Source of the DNA: a virus
Lineage: Duplodnaviria; Caudoviricetes
Strand: one strand, 5' to 3'
Virus record (IMG/VR): IMGVR_UViG_3300038675_000398
Location: 1-52,023 of that record
Length of the DNA stretch: 52,023 nucleotides
In this document: in pieces, positions 1 through 9,269 of the stretch
Numbering within the stretch: the first letter of the stretch is position 1
Layout of the letters: every line of letters begins with the position of its first letter
Position numbers and translations under genes: made by a program
The notes under the pieces: generated by a model
Database searches by the model: none
What the model was told of the DNA's origin: nothing
What the model saw: the letters and a program-made list of their open reading frames with translations, nothing else

Positions 1-1
1 T

Positions 2-706
2 TATATTGCCGTCAATCTGACTTTGCAGGTTGGATATGTCCCCGGTTACGGTTGTGACGAAATTTCCCAACTGCGTGTCGGCGTAGGCTTTCGCTGCATT
101 TTCGGCTGCCGTCTTTGCGTTGTTGGCCTTTGTTGTTGCATCGGAGGCCGCTGCCGCTATCGCCTCACTTTTTGCGGTAGAGGCCAAAGGGCCAGCCACG
201 TCCTGGATCTTCCCAATTACTACCTGTTTAGCCACTAGGTTATCCACGTCAATGCGGTCCGCACTTACCGTTCCGGTCTCAATGTTTCCCCCATCTATCT
301 TGGTGGCCCCTGAGGCCCCAAAGGATAGCGTTTTTGTGCCGTCTGAGACCGATTGATCCCCGGTGAATGTTACCAGGCCAGAAAACCCTATTGCTTGCTT
401 TACGGTGCCAAAAATGGGTGTTCCCGTACCGGATCCTGATGCGGACTCCTCAACGGTATATGTGCAATACCAATATTTATTGGCATTTCCAGATGCGTAA
501 ACAGGAGAATCAATAGCCCAATTGGAGGTCAGTCCGGAGAAAACCCTTGTGGCAAAGTTGAAAGATGTTGCGCTTGGCTTGGCCGGTGCTGATGCCTTGG
601 ATAATTGGTAATGGACCATCCCGGTCAACATCCGCTTCCCGGTGGGGCCGGTAGGTCCATCATTGATTACGACAATGGTTATCTGTGCTCTGGCTAATAT
701 GGACAT
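2..706 (-). CDS. tail/tail-fibre protein, N-terminal part (runs off the left edge of the window)
   Basis: Not in the ORF track because no stop lies in the window. Read manually from ATG at 706: MSILARAQITIVVINDGPTGPTGKRMLTG...TKIDGGNIETGTVSADRIDV...SEAIAAAASDATTKANNAK...ISNLQSQIDGNI, open to base 2. Starts 2 nt after the stop of 709..1749; Ala-rich coiled segment as in fibre proteins. Confidence 0.8.
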   Translation of the reverse strand, partial: MSILARAQITIVVINDGPTGPTGKRMLTGMVHYQLSKASAPAKPSATSFNFATRVFSGLTSNWAIDSPVYASGNANKYWYCTYTVEESASGSGTGTPIFGTVKQAIGFSGLVTFTGDQSVSDGTKTLSFGASGATKIDGGNIETGTVSADRIDVDNLVAKQVVIGKIQDVAGPLASTAKSEAIAAAASDATTKANNAKTAAENAAKAYADTQLGNFVTTVTGDISNLQSQIDGNI

Positions 707-708
707 AC

Positions 709-1749
709 TTATAAAGCGGTCATTTCAACAATAAAGGTTGCTTTTACATCTATTTCCGAGGCAGGGACAACAAGTATGCGCCCTGTCTTAACTCCGCTTG
801 TTCCCCAGGTATTGTCCGCCACTCCGTCTTTATCAAACTTTCTCCAGGAAAAGGCATATGATGCGTCAACAGTTGAGCCGTCAATAAGCTGGCCTTTCTG
901 CCATACATTGACCGTTAACGTAGTGCTGCCTGTGCCGTTGACAATCTTATCCCCGGTTGTGGAAGATATTTCCAACTGGAAAGGATCTGTCAGGTCCACG
1001 AAGGATATCACGTCTGCCACAAAGGTATTATAGGTGCCTGCGGCCGGATCGGTATCGGTACACTCACATTTGAATGTGGCTATATTAAGCACTGCGTCTG
1101 CCGGGATGGTAATTTCATTTGTCGTATAGCCGGTGCAGCCAAAATTGTTTCCAGCCGTTAGCTGAGTCCAGCCATCACCTACAAGCTTGTACCACTTATA
1201 AGAAACGTCAACGGCATCAATTTGGGATCCTCTCCACATATCGCAATGCGCTTTTAGGCTTGCCACTCCCTGTTTGTATATTGTTCCCTGGGGAGCATAA
1301 GCAATGGCACAAATGAGCTGGCCGCTGTTCTCGGTCTTGGTAATGGTCATGGTGGCCTTTACTATGGTTTCCACAAGGGTAACCTGATCCACGTATATTA
1401 CCTCGCATTCAATCTTCAAATATGCAGTATCGGTCAGATTCTCAATAATGGTTAATGCGTAAGGGGCTGTTTGTGCTGCGGATGCGCCAAACTCGGCCAG
1501 GTTGGCACTATCGTTGATCTTCCACGTAGGGGCCTGTTTGATCCTGGATATTTGGCTGGTTGCCGCTCCTGAAATAAACAGTTGCGGAGTGATCACCAGG
1601 TGTGGGGACACTGTGTAATCAGGGGCATAAGTGGTGTTTTCTTTATTAAATATCTGTGTTGCCGGTCTATTGGAAGACAGGAACAGATTTAACGTCTTGG
1701 CATCATTGAGATCCACAATCGTTATTTGGCCTCTTGCTATTGCTGACAT
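709..1749 (-). CDS. tail-associated protein with Ig-like beta-sandwich domains
   Basis: 346 aa, Thr/Val-rich beta pattern, repeated Y/F-x-W-x-K...F-x-C/V-E motifs; lies in the tail cluster. Confidence 0.65.
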   Translation of the reverse strand: MSAIARGQITIVDLNDAKTLNLFLSSNRPATQIFNKENTTYAPDYTVSPHLVITPQLFISGAATSQISRIKQAPTWKINDSANLAEFGASAAQTAPYALTIIENLTDTAYLKIECEVIYVDQVTLVETIVKATMTITKTENSGQLICAIAYAPQGTIYKQGVASLKAHCDMWRGSQIDAVDVSYKWYKLVGDGWTQLTAGNNFGCTGYTTNEITIPADAVLNIATFKCECTDTDPAAGTYNTFVADVISFVDLTDPFQLEISSTTGDKIVNGTGSTTLTVNVWQKGQLIDGSTVDASYAFSWRKFDKDGVADNTWGTSGVKTGRILVVPASEIDVKATFIVEMTAL

Positions 1750-1767
1750 GGTTGTATTTGTTTTTGG

Positions 1768-2268
1768 TTAGTTATCATATATGGTCTGGTCTATCAGTAC
1801 TTCAACGGAAAACATGGCGCTTCTGGTAACATCATCCGGGGTTATGGTAACCTCATTGCCGAATGACTTATGCTGTGCGGTCCAAATGGGATCCGTGTCC
1901 GGATTGCTAGACTTCCTGATCCATGAGAACATATTGGGGGCAATCTTATGTGTTACCTCTTCGGATCCTTTGTACACAATGGCCGTAAGTTTTACCCGGC
2001 CTTGTCCGTTTACAAAGGTGGTTTCCGCATCGGCCCAAATGGACACATGGATAGCGCTTTCGTTGATTGACCACTTTACTCCAGCCTCTCCATCTTCACT
2101 GCTAACAAGGATATACCCACTCGGCCCGGGGTTTATAACCTTTGGCACCCCCTGAGCGTCTGCTGAAATTATTGATCCCTTCCGTATCGGGACCCTTCGT
2201 TCAATAAACTCCACATCGCCACTCTCGGTTGCAACATCCTGTATGATAAGCAGATCATTCTTTGCCAT
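1768..2268 (-). CDS. tail-associated protein with C-terminal Ig-like domain
   Basis: 166 aa; C-terminal half (VNGQGRVKLTAIVY...FSWIR...W...AMFSVEV) resembles the C-terminus of 709..1749. Confidence 0.6.
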   Translation of the reverse strand: MAKNDLLIIQDVATESGDVEFIERRVPIRKGSIISADAQGVPKVINPGPSGYILVSSEDGEAGVKWSINESAIHVSIWADAETTFVNGQGRVKLTAIVYKGSEEVTHKIAPNMFSWIRKSSNPDTDPIWTAQHKSFGNEVTITPDDVTRSAMFSVEVLIDQTIYDN

Positions 2269-2530
2269 CCTCTCTAAACACTAAATTTGGCGTTAACCGT
2301 ATCTGTTCTTTCCCGGAAAGGAACTGGTCAATAATACCGGGCAGATCCTCAACGGCCAAAAATACAGACATGGCAAGGTTCTCTTTGTCTAAAATTTCCC
2401 TTACCTGTTTTGTTACACGAACAACGATTGAGGATTCCTCCTTCAGGGCTTCAGTCCTGAGTCGTTCAATTTCCCTTACCCTGTTTGCGGCTATGTTTCT
2501 CTGGTCTTCCAGGTACTTGCTTTTTCTCAT
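2255..2530 (-). CDS. hypothetical protein (helical, possible fibre chaperone)
   Basis: Start moved to MRKSKYLEDQ at 2530, which gives an ATGA overlap with the stop of 2527..2940; 91 aa. Confidence 0.55.
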   Translation of the reverse strand: MRKSKYLEDQRNIAANRVREIERLRTEALKEESSIVVRVTKQVREILDKENLAMSVFLAVEDLPGIIDQFLSGKEQIRLTPNLVFREDGKE

Positions 2531-2940
2531 GACGTAAAGAGTATGAACTTTTTCCAAATAGCCTGACCGGCTTCGCCACCACGTACACATACGTATATGT
2601 AATCATCTGTCAGCGACATATCCCAAAGGCTCCCAGCATCCCGGGAAGATCTCTTTTCCCCTGACAATAGGTTGTTCATTCCCAATGGACCTACCAGGCT
2701 TGCCAACCATTCTTCCTGCGTTCCCTCAAAGCCGTTGCCCAGGGCTATTTCGTAAGCAGATTTCCCTGTAATGTAACGGCCCATTATTACTTCTACGGTA
2801 GTTGTTTCCGTCGCCGGTATGGCATCCACTTCCAGATCCGAATTCCGGATTGTCAACACCACCTTTGCCACAGTCCCCAGCATATCCCCCATGGAGGCTT
2901 CCAGGTCCGGATTCGCTATGTTTATTACTACACTATCCAT
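2527..2940 (-). CDS. phage structural/tail appendage protein
   Basis: 137 aa; contains GKSAYEIALGNGFEGTQEEWLASL, a motif common in phage fibre/collagen-associated proteins. Confidence 0.6.
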   Translation of the reverse strand: MDSVVINIANPDLEASMGDMLGTVAKVVLTIRNSDLEVDAIPATETTTVEVIMGRYITGKSAYEIALGNGFEGTQEEWLASLVGPLGMNNLLSGEKRSSRDAGSLWDMSLTDDYIYVCVRGGEAGQAIWKKFILFTS

Positions 2941-2941
2941 G

Positions 2942-5851
2942 TTATAAGATTATTTGCTCTATAAAGTGGTCCGCAACAACACCTAGATTCACATCGTTTT
3001 GACTATATACATTCCCGTCATTGTCTGTAAACTCAAGAGAAAGTGTTATTGTCGCATTGTTTTCATCATAGACAATATCTCCGGAGCCATATATGTATCC
3101 GAGCTGCGCCGTTCCACCGGCCGGCACCTGTACTGATGTAAAGCGGCTTATGGTTGGCCCCGGGCTGCCTGCCCGGATCTTCACTGTTCCTACGGCCGTA
3201 AATGCCTGGTCTGTATCGTTGCCCAGGTTTATCGTCAAGCCCTCAAGCGTTACGTTTGGTGGGTTCTGTGTTCTGTTCCCGGTCAGGCTTCCCATACTTA
3301 CCGTAACATTGGGTGCGGCTGCCTGGGTAATAGTCATGGAGTGCGAAAATTCATGCCCCGGGTATGATGCGATAACGGTTGTTGTCCTGGGAACGTGCAA
3401 TAGGTTTTTGTTAATTACTAGCAGTCCGTTGCTCATATAGGCCCATCCATCTACTACGGATATTGCCGCATCAACCTGTGTGTCCTGAGTGAACCCGGAG
3501 CTATATACATTGTCAGCCGGACAATAGGCAGCGATCTCCAATAGGGTAGCGCCGGCCGGTATATTCACCCCTTGTGTCTGTCCGTTTATTGTCAGTACGG
3601 CTCCTTCCGTTCTTAGCGTTGCCCCTTCCAGCTTATTCTCTTCACGAACCACCCTTATGTAGCTATCGTATTTATCCAGAATATCGTATGGATCAAACTT
3701 TGAAGCCATATAATCCCAACATGGAATAATAATCATTTCCCCTTGCGGAACCTCATTGTCCTGGTGATCGGGGAAGTTGATGCGCATATACGCCCTATGC
3801 TCCGGCGGTGTGTTTGCCTGGTATTCTATCTGCTCTTGAGCGTATGATATAAACGGAACCACCACTTCATATTCGCTAAAATCGGTTTGTTTTATGCTCC
3901 ATATTGTCCGATAGGGCACCTCATATACGGCATAAGGTAACACATAATCATAAGAAGCGTTGATCTCTTTGTCTGTTTCTCCAGACGTGTATTGATATAA
4001 GGCTACATCATTAAAGTGAACATCAAAGCCCAATGCGCTGCCTCCCGGTCTTGCATGGAATATATAAACAAGTTTACCATCTATATCGGTCTGCGTAATA
4101 GGATTGTTCAACCCATGCTCCATCACGTCCCTGGCCTCAATGCTGAAATCTTCAAAGATTGATGAATCCACTAGCGTCTTTTCGTTCTCCTGTTGGTAAA
4201 CAGTAAATGATGTGGGCAGGCCGGAAAGTTTTATTGTGCCGGATCTCAGCGGTCCAATCACCTTGCCCCTGGGTTGGAACATGAACCCAAACAAACCATC
4301 ATCTGCCTGGTTGATCTTCTGGTACAATGAGAAATCGTCTCCCTCACAAATTATATCTTCTGGGGAGGAAACAGGAGTGTATTGCACATTCAGATTCTCA
4401 ATTACCGGTTCTGCGTTTGACGTAAAAGTGTGTACCAGTTGTGTGTAAACGGCCCTGGTTACGGTAACAATAATAGGGTGAAACTCTCGCTGTCCATCGA
4501 TCTCTGCAAAACCGCTCGCATAAAAGGGGAATACCTGGGAACCATACGAATCCTCTCCGTATGTAAGGTACATGGCTGCATCATAGGTTGTGCTCTCTGT
4601 CGTTGTCTTGACATTGGCTTCCTGATAAATGTAATTCCCATCCATCTCAAACCCTTTGCACATGACTATAATTTCCGCACTATACTCCGGGCCCTCTTCC
4701 GTTCCCCGGTTATAGCATCTCAAAATACCGGCAAGCTCATTGAAGTTAATATGATCCGTCGTTTCCATGCGGTACGTGATGTACTTTTCCGGAACGACCT
4801 GGTCCAGGCAGGTCTTCTGGGCTCCTGATGTATAAATTTCCCGGTAGTCTGCTTTTACCACTGCGCTGATCGTGGCTACTTCACCTGATGCAGGAAGCGC
4901 ATCTTCATGTGTTGTGCCACCGTTGGTTGAATGAAACTCGGCAACATAAGGCGTTGTGCCTTGGTTTATGGCAATATCTTCTACAATATTTGGCATCTGA
5001 TATACAGATACCGACCTGGCTGTCGCCCCTTCATATTCTGCCCGGATATTGGTATATCTTATACTATCTGAAGGATCCGTCCCCCGGCTATGTATTGTTA
5101 CAGTCCTTCCGTTGACCGTTGCCCAGGCTACATATACAACAACATTTGGTACATTATTGACCTCTTCTGATGTAACAATAGTGCCTCCAGACGTTAGCGT
5201 CTCGGTGATTTCCTGGTACAATGACGTTTCAACGGTAAATACGCTTTCTGACGCAGGTAGGGGAGATCTGACTCCTTCCGGGAGGCTTATACGGCATTCC
5301 GACTTGGTAACTCCAATAGATACCTGTTCATTGGCCTGTTGCCTGAGAACGACCTCGGATTGTTGGCCCTTATAGGTCCAGGTAAGCTTGTAGGTTCCTT
5401 CAGCGCCTTTATCGTTGCCCCTGTTGTCGGCCGTAATTCTTATCTTCCCGGACACCAGCTCGGCACTCATGACGCATCCGTTTGGCACAAGTGGCACAAA
5501 TGTAAAGCCTTCCGGGGCCACCTGCTCTGCACTTTCTTCTATCCCAAGGTACATCTTCGCCACCTGGCACGTAACCTCAAGATAATTACTTCCGTTGGCC
5601 AGGATCATATCCCCGGATACAGACTGCCCAAGCACGTACTGATAGGCTGCCTTCTGATGCACGTCAATAGTACAGGTAACAGGACCGTTCTCGTCCTGTG
5701 CCGTAATGGTGATGGTCTTGGATCTTTCTTTTGTTGGATCGGTGTGCGGATCGCTGCTTACCGACAATATCTGATCCCCGGAAGGGGCGTCATATTCAAT
5801 ATATATGTTGCCCCCCGATGAATCATTCCATGGTATCGTCTGTATTGGCAT
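2942..5851 (-). CDS. large BACON/Ig-like repeat virion protein
   Basis: 969 aa; terminal BACON-like units (ERSKTITIT...IDVHQKAA; PRTTTVIASY...TITQAAA) and internal repeats xRGT...VYQxxN. Confidence 0.65.
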   Translation of the reverse strand: MPIQTIPWNDSSGGNIYIEYDAPSGDQILSVSSDPHTDPTKERSKTITITAQDENGPVTCTIDVHQKAAYQYVLGQSVSGDMILANGSNYLEVTCQVAKMYLGIEESAEQVAPEGFTFVPLVPNGCVMSAELVSGKIRITADNRGNDKGAEGTYKLTWTYKGQQSEVVLRQQANEQVSIGVTKSECRISLPEGVRSPLPASESVFTVETSLYQEITETLTSGGTIVTSEEVNNVPNVVVYVAWATVNGRTVTIHSRGTDPSDSIRYTNIRAEYEGATARSVSVYQMPNIVEDIAINQGTTPYVAEFHSTNGGTTHEDALPASGEVATISAVVKADYREIYTSGAQKTCLDQVVPEKYITYRMETTDHINFNELAGILRCYNRGTEEGPEYSAEIIVMCKGFEMDGNYIYQEANVKTTTESTTYDAAMYLTYGEDSYGSQVFPFYASGFAEIDGQREFHPIIVTVTRAVYTQLVHTFTSNAEPVIENLNVQYTPVSSPEDIICEGDDFSLYQKINQADDGLFGFMFQPRGKVIGPLRSGTIKLSGLPTSFTVYQQENEKTLVDSSIFEDFSIEARDVMEHGLNNPITQTDIDGKLVYIFHARPGGSALGFDVHFNDVALYQYTSGETDKEINASYDYVLPYAVYEVPYRTIWSIKQTDFSEYEVVVPFISYAQEQIEYQANTPPEHRAYMRINFPDHQDNEVPQGEMIIIPCWDYMASKFDPYDILDKYDSYIRVVREENKLEGATLRTEGAVLTINGQTQGVNIPAGATLLEIAAYCPADNVYSSGFTQDTQVDAAISVVDGWAYMSNGLLVINKNLLHVPRTTTVIASYPGHEFSHSMTITQAAAPNVTVSMGSLTGNRTQNPPNVTLEGLTINLGNDTDQAFTAVGTVKIRAGSPGPTISRFTSVQVPAGGTAQLGYIYGSGDIVYDENNATITLSLEFTDNDGNVYSQNDVNLGVVADHFIEQIIL

Positions 5852-5857
5852 GCGGTG

Positions 5858-6469
5858 TTATGATACGGTCCAATTCGTGTTTGATATAATGTTTATTGCC
5901 TGTGCCGTTCCGTCTGCAGGAATGGTTATAGCTGTGGGTGATACGCTCAGCGTTGCCGTTACTCCGGTTTGCTGAATGGTGACGGCCGCACTGGTTCCGT
6001 TCTCGGTAACAGCCGTTAATATGCTCTCCAGGGTATCGGACAACATATTTTCTGGTATGCCGGTAAAGACAATACTGAAGTTGTAGGCTGAAACGGCACC
6101 TGGATCTCCCGGGATATCCACATTCGGCGTTGCTGATGCTCCTGCCGCAATAAAGGATCCCGGCAATGTAAGTCCAATCTCATTTACTTGTCCCAGGGAA
6201 AATGCCAGGCGCCTTGAATTGGATCGCCCTGCTATGGAAATATTCCCCCCGAGCTTTCCTATTGTTACAGAAACCTGGTCAAAGGAGACAAATTCTGCGG
6301 CTGCGGTCTGTATTATGCTAACTGTCTTAGCGCTTGCTCCACCGGTTGGCGTTATAGTGGCAATACCGTTACGGTTCTGCCTTCCGCTATGTACGTCTGC
6401 CGATATCTGCACCGTTCCGTTTCCTGATCCGGAAGCCGGTGATGCGTGAAAATAACTTGGTAATGCCAT
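5858..6469 (-). CDS. BACON-like domain protein
   Basis: 203 aa; SPASGSGNGTVQISA...GRQNRNGIATIT...VSIIQTAA and a C-terminal LSVSPTAITIPADG...SNTNWTVS, typical of BACON/Ig units. Confidence 0.7.
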   Translation of the reverse strand: MALPSYFHASPASGSGNGTVQISADVHSGRQNRNGIATITPTGGASAKTVSIIQTAAAEFVSFDQVSVTIGKLGGNISIAGRSNSRRLAFSLGQVNEIGLTLPGSFIAAGASATPNVDIPGDPGAVSAYNFSIVFTGIPENMLSDTLESILTAVTENGTSAAVTIQQTGVTATLSVSPTAITIPADGTAQAINIISNTNWTVS

Positions 6470-6476
6470 ATCTTAT

Positions 6477-6683
6477 TTATTTAGTTTCCCAATTTACGTT
6501 GCTCAATACCTCTGCCTGATCCCTATTGTTATTGGAAGGCATGAGCCACATATTGCGTGGCGCCACATACAAATAATCCCCTGCAGGTCGCTGCCACACC
6601 AGGCGGCCATGACTAAACACTTTCATTACCAGCTTTCGGTGGTACCTGGAGTCTATGGCCTTTTTGCCCTTGCTTGCAAACAT
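6477..6683 (-). CDS. small tail-cluster protein
   Basis: Start moved to MFASKGKK at 6683, just after the upstream stop at 6685; ends with a BACON-like strand (EVLSNVNWETK). Confidence 0.5.
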   Translation of the reverse strand: MFASKGKKAIDSRYHRKLVMKVFSHGRLVWQRPAGDYLYVAPRNMWLMPSNNNRDQAEVLSNVNWETK

Positions 6684-6684
6684 A

Positions 6685-6990
6685 TCAGTCTTCGTATATG
6701 ATCGCCCATTGTACGGCGGCTTGTTCATTCAGGCTTAACGCATCCCACTCGGACTGCGTAAAAAAGGCGGTGCTTCCCAATCGTGCCAAGGCGATATAGT
6801 ATTCTTCCTCGGTCCCGGTAAAGCCGTTATCCCGGGCAATCTCAAAAGCTCCCCGGCCGTCTTGTCCCCGGGCATATATGCCGGTATCCTGTCCCTCGAT
6901 CCACCAGTTGCCATTGGGGCCGACAACAGGGGTGTGGCCATCCTCGCCCTTAACAAATCTTCCAAGCGCTAAATTTACTTTAAGAGCCAT
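6685..6990 (-). CDS. small collagen-associated tail protein
   Basis: 101 aa; GEDGHTPVVGPNGNWWIEGQDTG and GRGAFEIARDNGFTGTEEEY motifs. Confidence 0.6.
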   Translation of the reverse strand: MALKVNLALGRFVKGEDGHTPVVGPNGNWWIEGQDTGIYARGQDGRGAFEIARDNGFTGTEEEYYIALARLGSTAFFTQSEWDALSLNEQAAVQWAIIYED

Positions 6991-7360
6991 TGCACGTACA
7001 ATTTACATCCAATAGAGGACCGGTTGACAAATCATCAGGGAGCCTGGTTGACGGATACAAGCGAAATGCTTTTTTTACATCGCCAATAACGGTTCCGGTA
7101 TCATCCACAAGGGATATTTCAAGACCATACCAGCCGGGAATCATCTTAACCGTTACATCTCCGGTAAGTATATAAGCAAAATTGCCTTCCTGGTCTTTCT
7201 CAATACCACCATCCCGGGTTGCCCACATATATACCGGCCTGCCTAGTTCATGCGATATGATCACCACCCTAAATTCAAAGGTTGACAGGTCTGTTATCTT
7301 CTGGTCGCTTGCGTCCAGAAAGTGCCCGGTAAATGCTATGTTTTCTCCCTGCTTTATCAT
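6980..7360 (-). CDS. BppU-like/adaptor beta-sandwich protein
   Basis: 126 aa; IKQGE...ITDLS...G-W-Y-x-LEI pattern; paralogous to 11437..11784. Confidence 0.5.
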   Translation of the reverse strand: MIKQGENIAFTGHFLDASDQKITDLSTFEFRVVIISHELGRPVYMWATRDGGIEKDQEGNFAYILTGDVTVKMIPGWYGLEISLVDDTGTVIGDVKKAFRLYPSTRLPDDLSTGPLLDVNCTCNGS

Positions 7361-7362
7361 TG

Positions 7363-7737
7363 TTATTCTTCTTTTAACAGAATATCACATAAGGTTATCT
7401 TAAGCTCTTGTGATAACTTGTTGTCCGCACAAACAGCGGATATGACCGGGTAGGGGAATTTGTGTTTCACCTCCAGGTCCATTTCCTCGGCCAACATCAT
7501 TTCTCGCTCCTTGATGTATGCGCCAATCCCTTCCCTGCTAGGATCAAAACGTCCTTTTTCGTTTAGAACGCCATTGCGTTCCTGCAGGTCTTTTTCTTCT
7601 TCTGCAATTTCCTTAAAGGCCTTGAGTAACGCCTTTGTGAATTTGTAAAACTTGTAGTCATTCTCGGCATCCAGCCTGGTGTATGCTTTTGTTAAAGCCT
7701 GGCCCAGGTCGGCCAGTTTCCTTTTCTCGATCAACAT
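7363..7737 (-). CDS. hypothetical helical protein (possible fibre assembly chaperone)
   Basis: 124 aa, charged and helical; follows the fibre genes. Confidence 0.5.
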   Translation of the reverse strand: MLIEKRKLADLGQALTKAYTRLDAENDYKFYKFTKALLKAFKEIAEEEKDLQERNGVLNEKGRFDPSREGIGAYIKEREMMLAEEMDLEVKHKFPYPVISAVCADNKLSQELKITLCDILLKEE

Positions 7738-7739
7738 GG

Positions 7740-7943
7740 TTATTTATCTTTGGTTTCTATGCTCCACTTTATAAAGTATCTGTATATCATATACCCATTC
7801 AGGGCAAAGTAAAGAGTACCGCATATCCCAAAAATGGTTGCGTTTCCGATCCATCCGGACACAAGGGCCAGGATTGCCAGGATTGCCCATGCAAACAGGG
7901 CAAGTCCTTTAATTACTGTTTCTATTCCAAAATCTATCTTCAT
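7740..7943 (-). CDS. small two-TM membrane protein
   Basis: 67 aa with two hydrophobic segments and a basic C-terminus; fits tightly between neighbours. Confidence 0.55.
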   Translation of the reverse strand: MKIDFGIETVIKGLALFAWAILAILALVSGWIGNATIFGICGTLYFALNGYMIYRYFIKWSIETKDK

Positions 7944-7949
7944 GGCTTA

Positions 7950-9269
7950 TTATACGGCGCTAGGGGACTGTTGCAGCAACATGTTTAGGTTATCAAGGGC
8001 ATAGGTCCTCTCATTGCCTGACCACTCCAAATGCACTTTTACCGGTGCGGCAGTGTTTATTACCACCGGGAAATCCGCATATTCCTTAAAGTTGAATTTA
8101 TATGTTGCAGATCCGTTTGCCGGTATCGTCTCAGTCGTACTTGCATATACAATATCTTCCCCACCTCCTACGACCAAAGTAGCCTTTGCTCCTGTCATGG
8201 AAACGTTTTTTGTGTTACTTATAACCATTGATGCGGATCCATACTCTGTACCTGTCTCAAATTCAACATGCTGATTGTAAGTGCCAACAATACGACCATA
8301 AATAACAGGGTAGGATATTTGCACGTTGTCCACCGGTTCGTTTGATGCCTCATAGTTAAAACGTATTCTTAACGGCTCGCAACACAACGGAACAAACAAC
8401 CCTGCGCCATCCACTTTCTCTTGCGTTGCAATCAGGTCCGGCTCGATTACCGTGGTAATGAAAGGAACCAGGAAGTGCGGCCCATCAGCGAAGCCGTTTG
8501 CCACACTCAGATATGCGCTTGGTATCTTCAGGTCATACGTGGGCGCATCGCCCACGTTGCTCATGGTTGGGATCCCTCCCTGGTTAGGATTACCTACTGC
8601 CATACACCATTTTATTCCGGTAGCTGACGGATTCGCAAATGGGAATGGGTCGTTGGGCCCTACGTTGGCGTAAGCCACATAAAACCCTATCCCATAGTTT
8701 ACGGGGTTGGCGGTGGCGTCTATACCAAGAAATTTTGCCCAGCTCCAAATCCCTATCTGTCCCGTGCCGGGGTTAAGCAGGTGTTTGCCATATACATTAA
8801 GCAGCACATCATCATTTGTTGTTATTTCAACATACTTCTTGTCTCCGGGATACACAATGTCTAGTGGCGGCCTGGGTGCTGCATGGTAATAGCTCCTGAA
8901 ATCATCTATCCTTAACGGCTCAGACGAGGCCATGCCCCTTGGACTTAAGTACCCCCACCTTTCCCCCTGGGCAACAGCGTAGAGCATTTGAGCTATGGTG
9001 GTGTATTGCGGAATCTCCCACCCGTAGTTTGCGGCCGCATAGTCCTCTGCCGTAAGCATACCGATCTTGTTTAGGCGGACCGGCTTTTCAAAAGACCATG
9101 GATTGATTCTTTTCATTTCGACAAACGCACTGCCGTTATAGCGTTTTTCCGCACAGAGACATCCCACATCCAGCGGCCCACCAAGGACTCCGGCTATAGT
9201 GTGTACATTGGCAATAGACGGATCCAGCATCTTTGCCGTGTCATTCGGATATACTAAAATGTTGCTCAT
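7950..9269 (-). CDS. tail fibre-associated / receptor-binding protein
   Basis: 439 aa; N-terminal INPWSFEKPVR...WGYLSPRG...PLRIDDFRSYYHAA resembles a motif seen in Bacteroidota phage proteins downstream of fibres; beta-rich C-terminus. Confidence 0.55.
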   Translation of the reverse strand: MSNILVYPNDTAKMLDPSIANVHTIAGVLGGPLDVGCLCAEKRYNGSAFVEMKRINPWSFEKPVRLNKIGMLTAEDYAAANYGWEIPQYTTIAQMLYAVAQGERWGYLSPRGMASSEPLRIDDFRSYYHAAPRPPLDIVYPGDKKYVEITTNDDVLLNVYGKHLLNPGTGQIGIWSWAKFLGIDATANPVNYGIGFYVAYANVGPNDPFPFANPSATGIKWCMAVGNPNQGGIPTMSNVGDAPTYDLKIPSAYLSVANGFADGPHFLVPFITTVIEPDLIATQEKVDGAGLFVPLCCEPLRIRFNYEASNEPVDNVQISYPVIYGRIVGTYNQHVEFETGTEYGSASMVISNTKNVSMTGAKATLVVGGGEDIVYASTTETIPANGSATYKFNFKEYADFPVVINTAAPVKVHLEWSGNERTYALDNLNMLLQQSPSAV

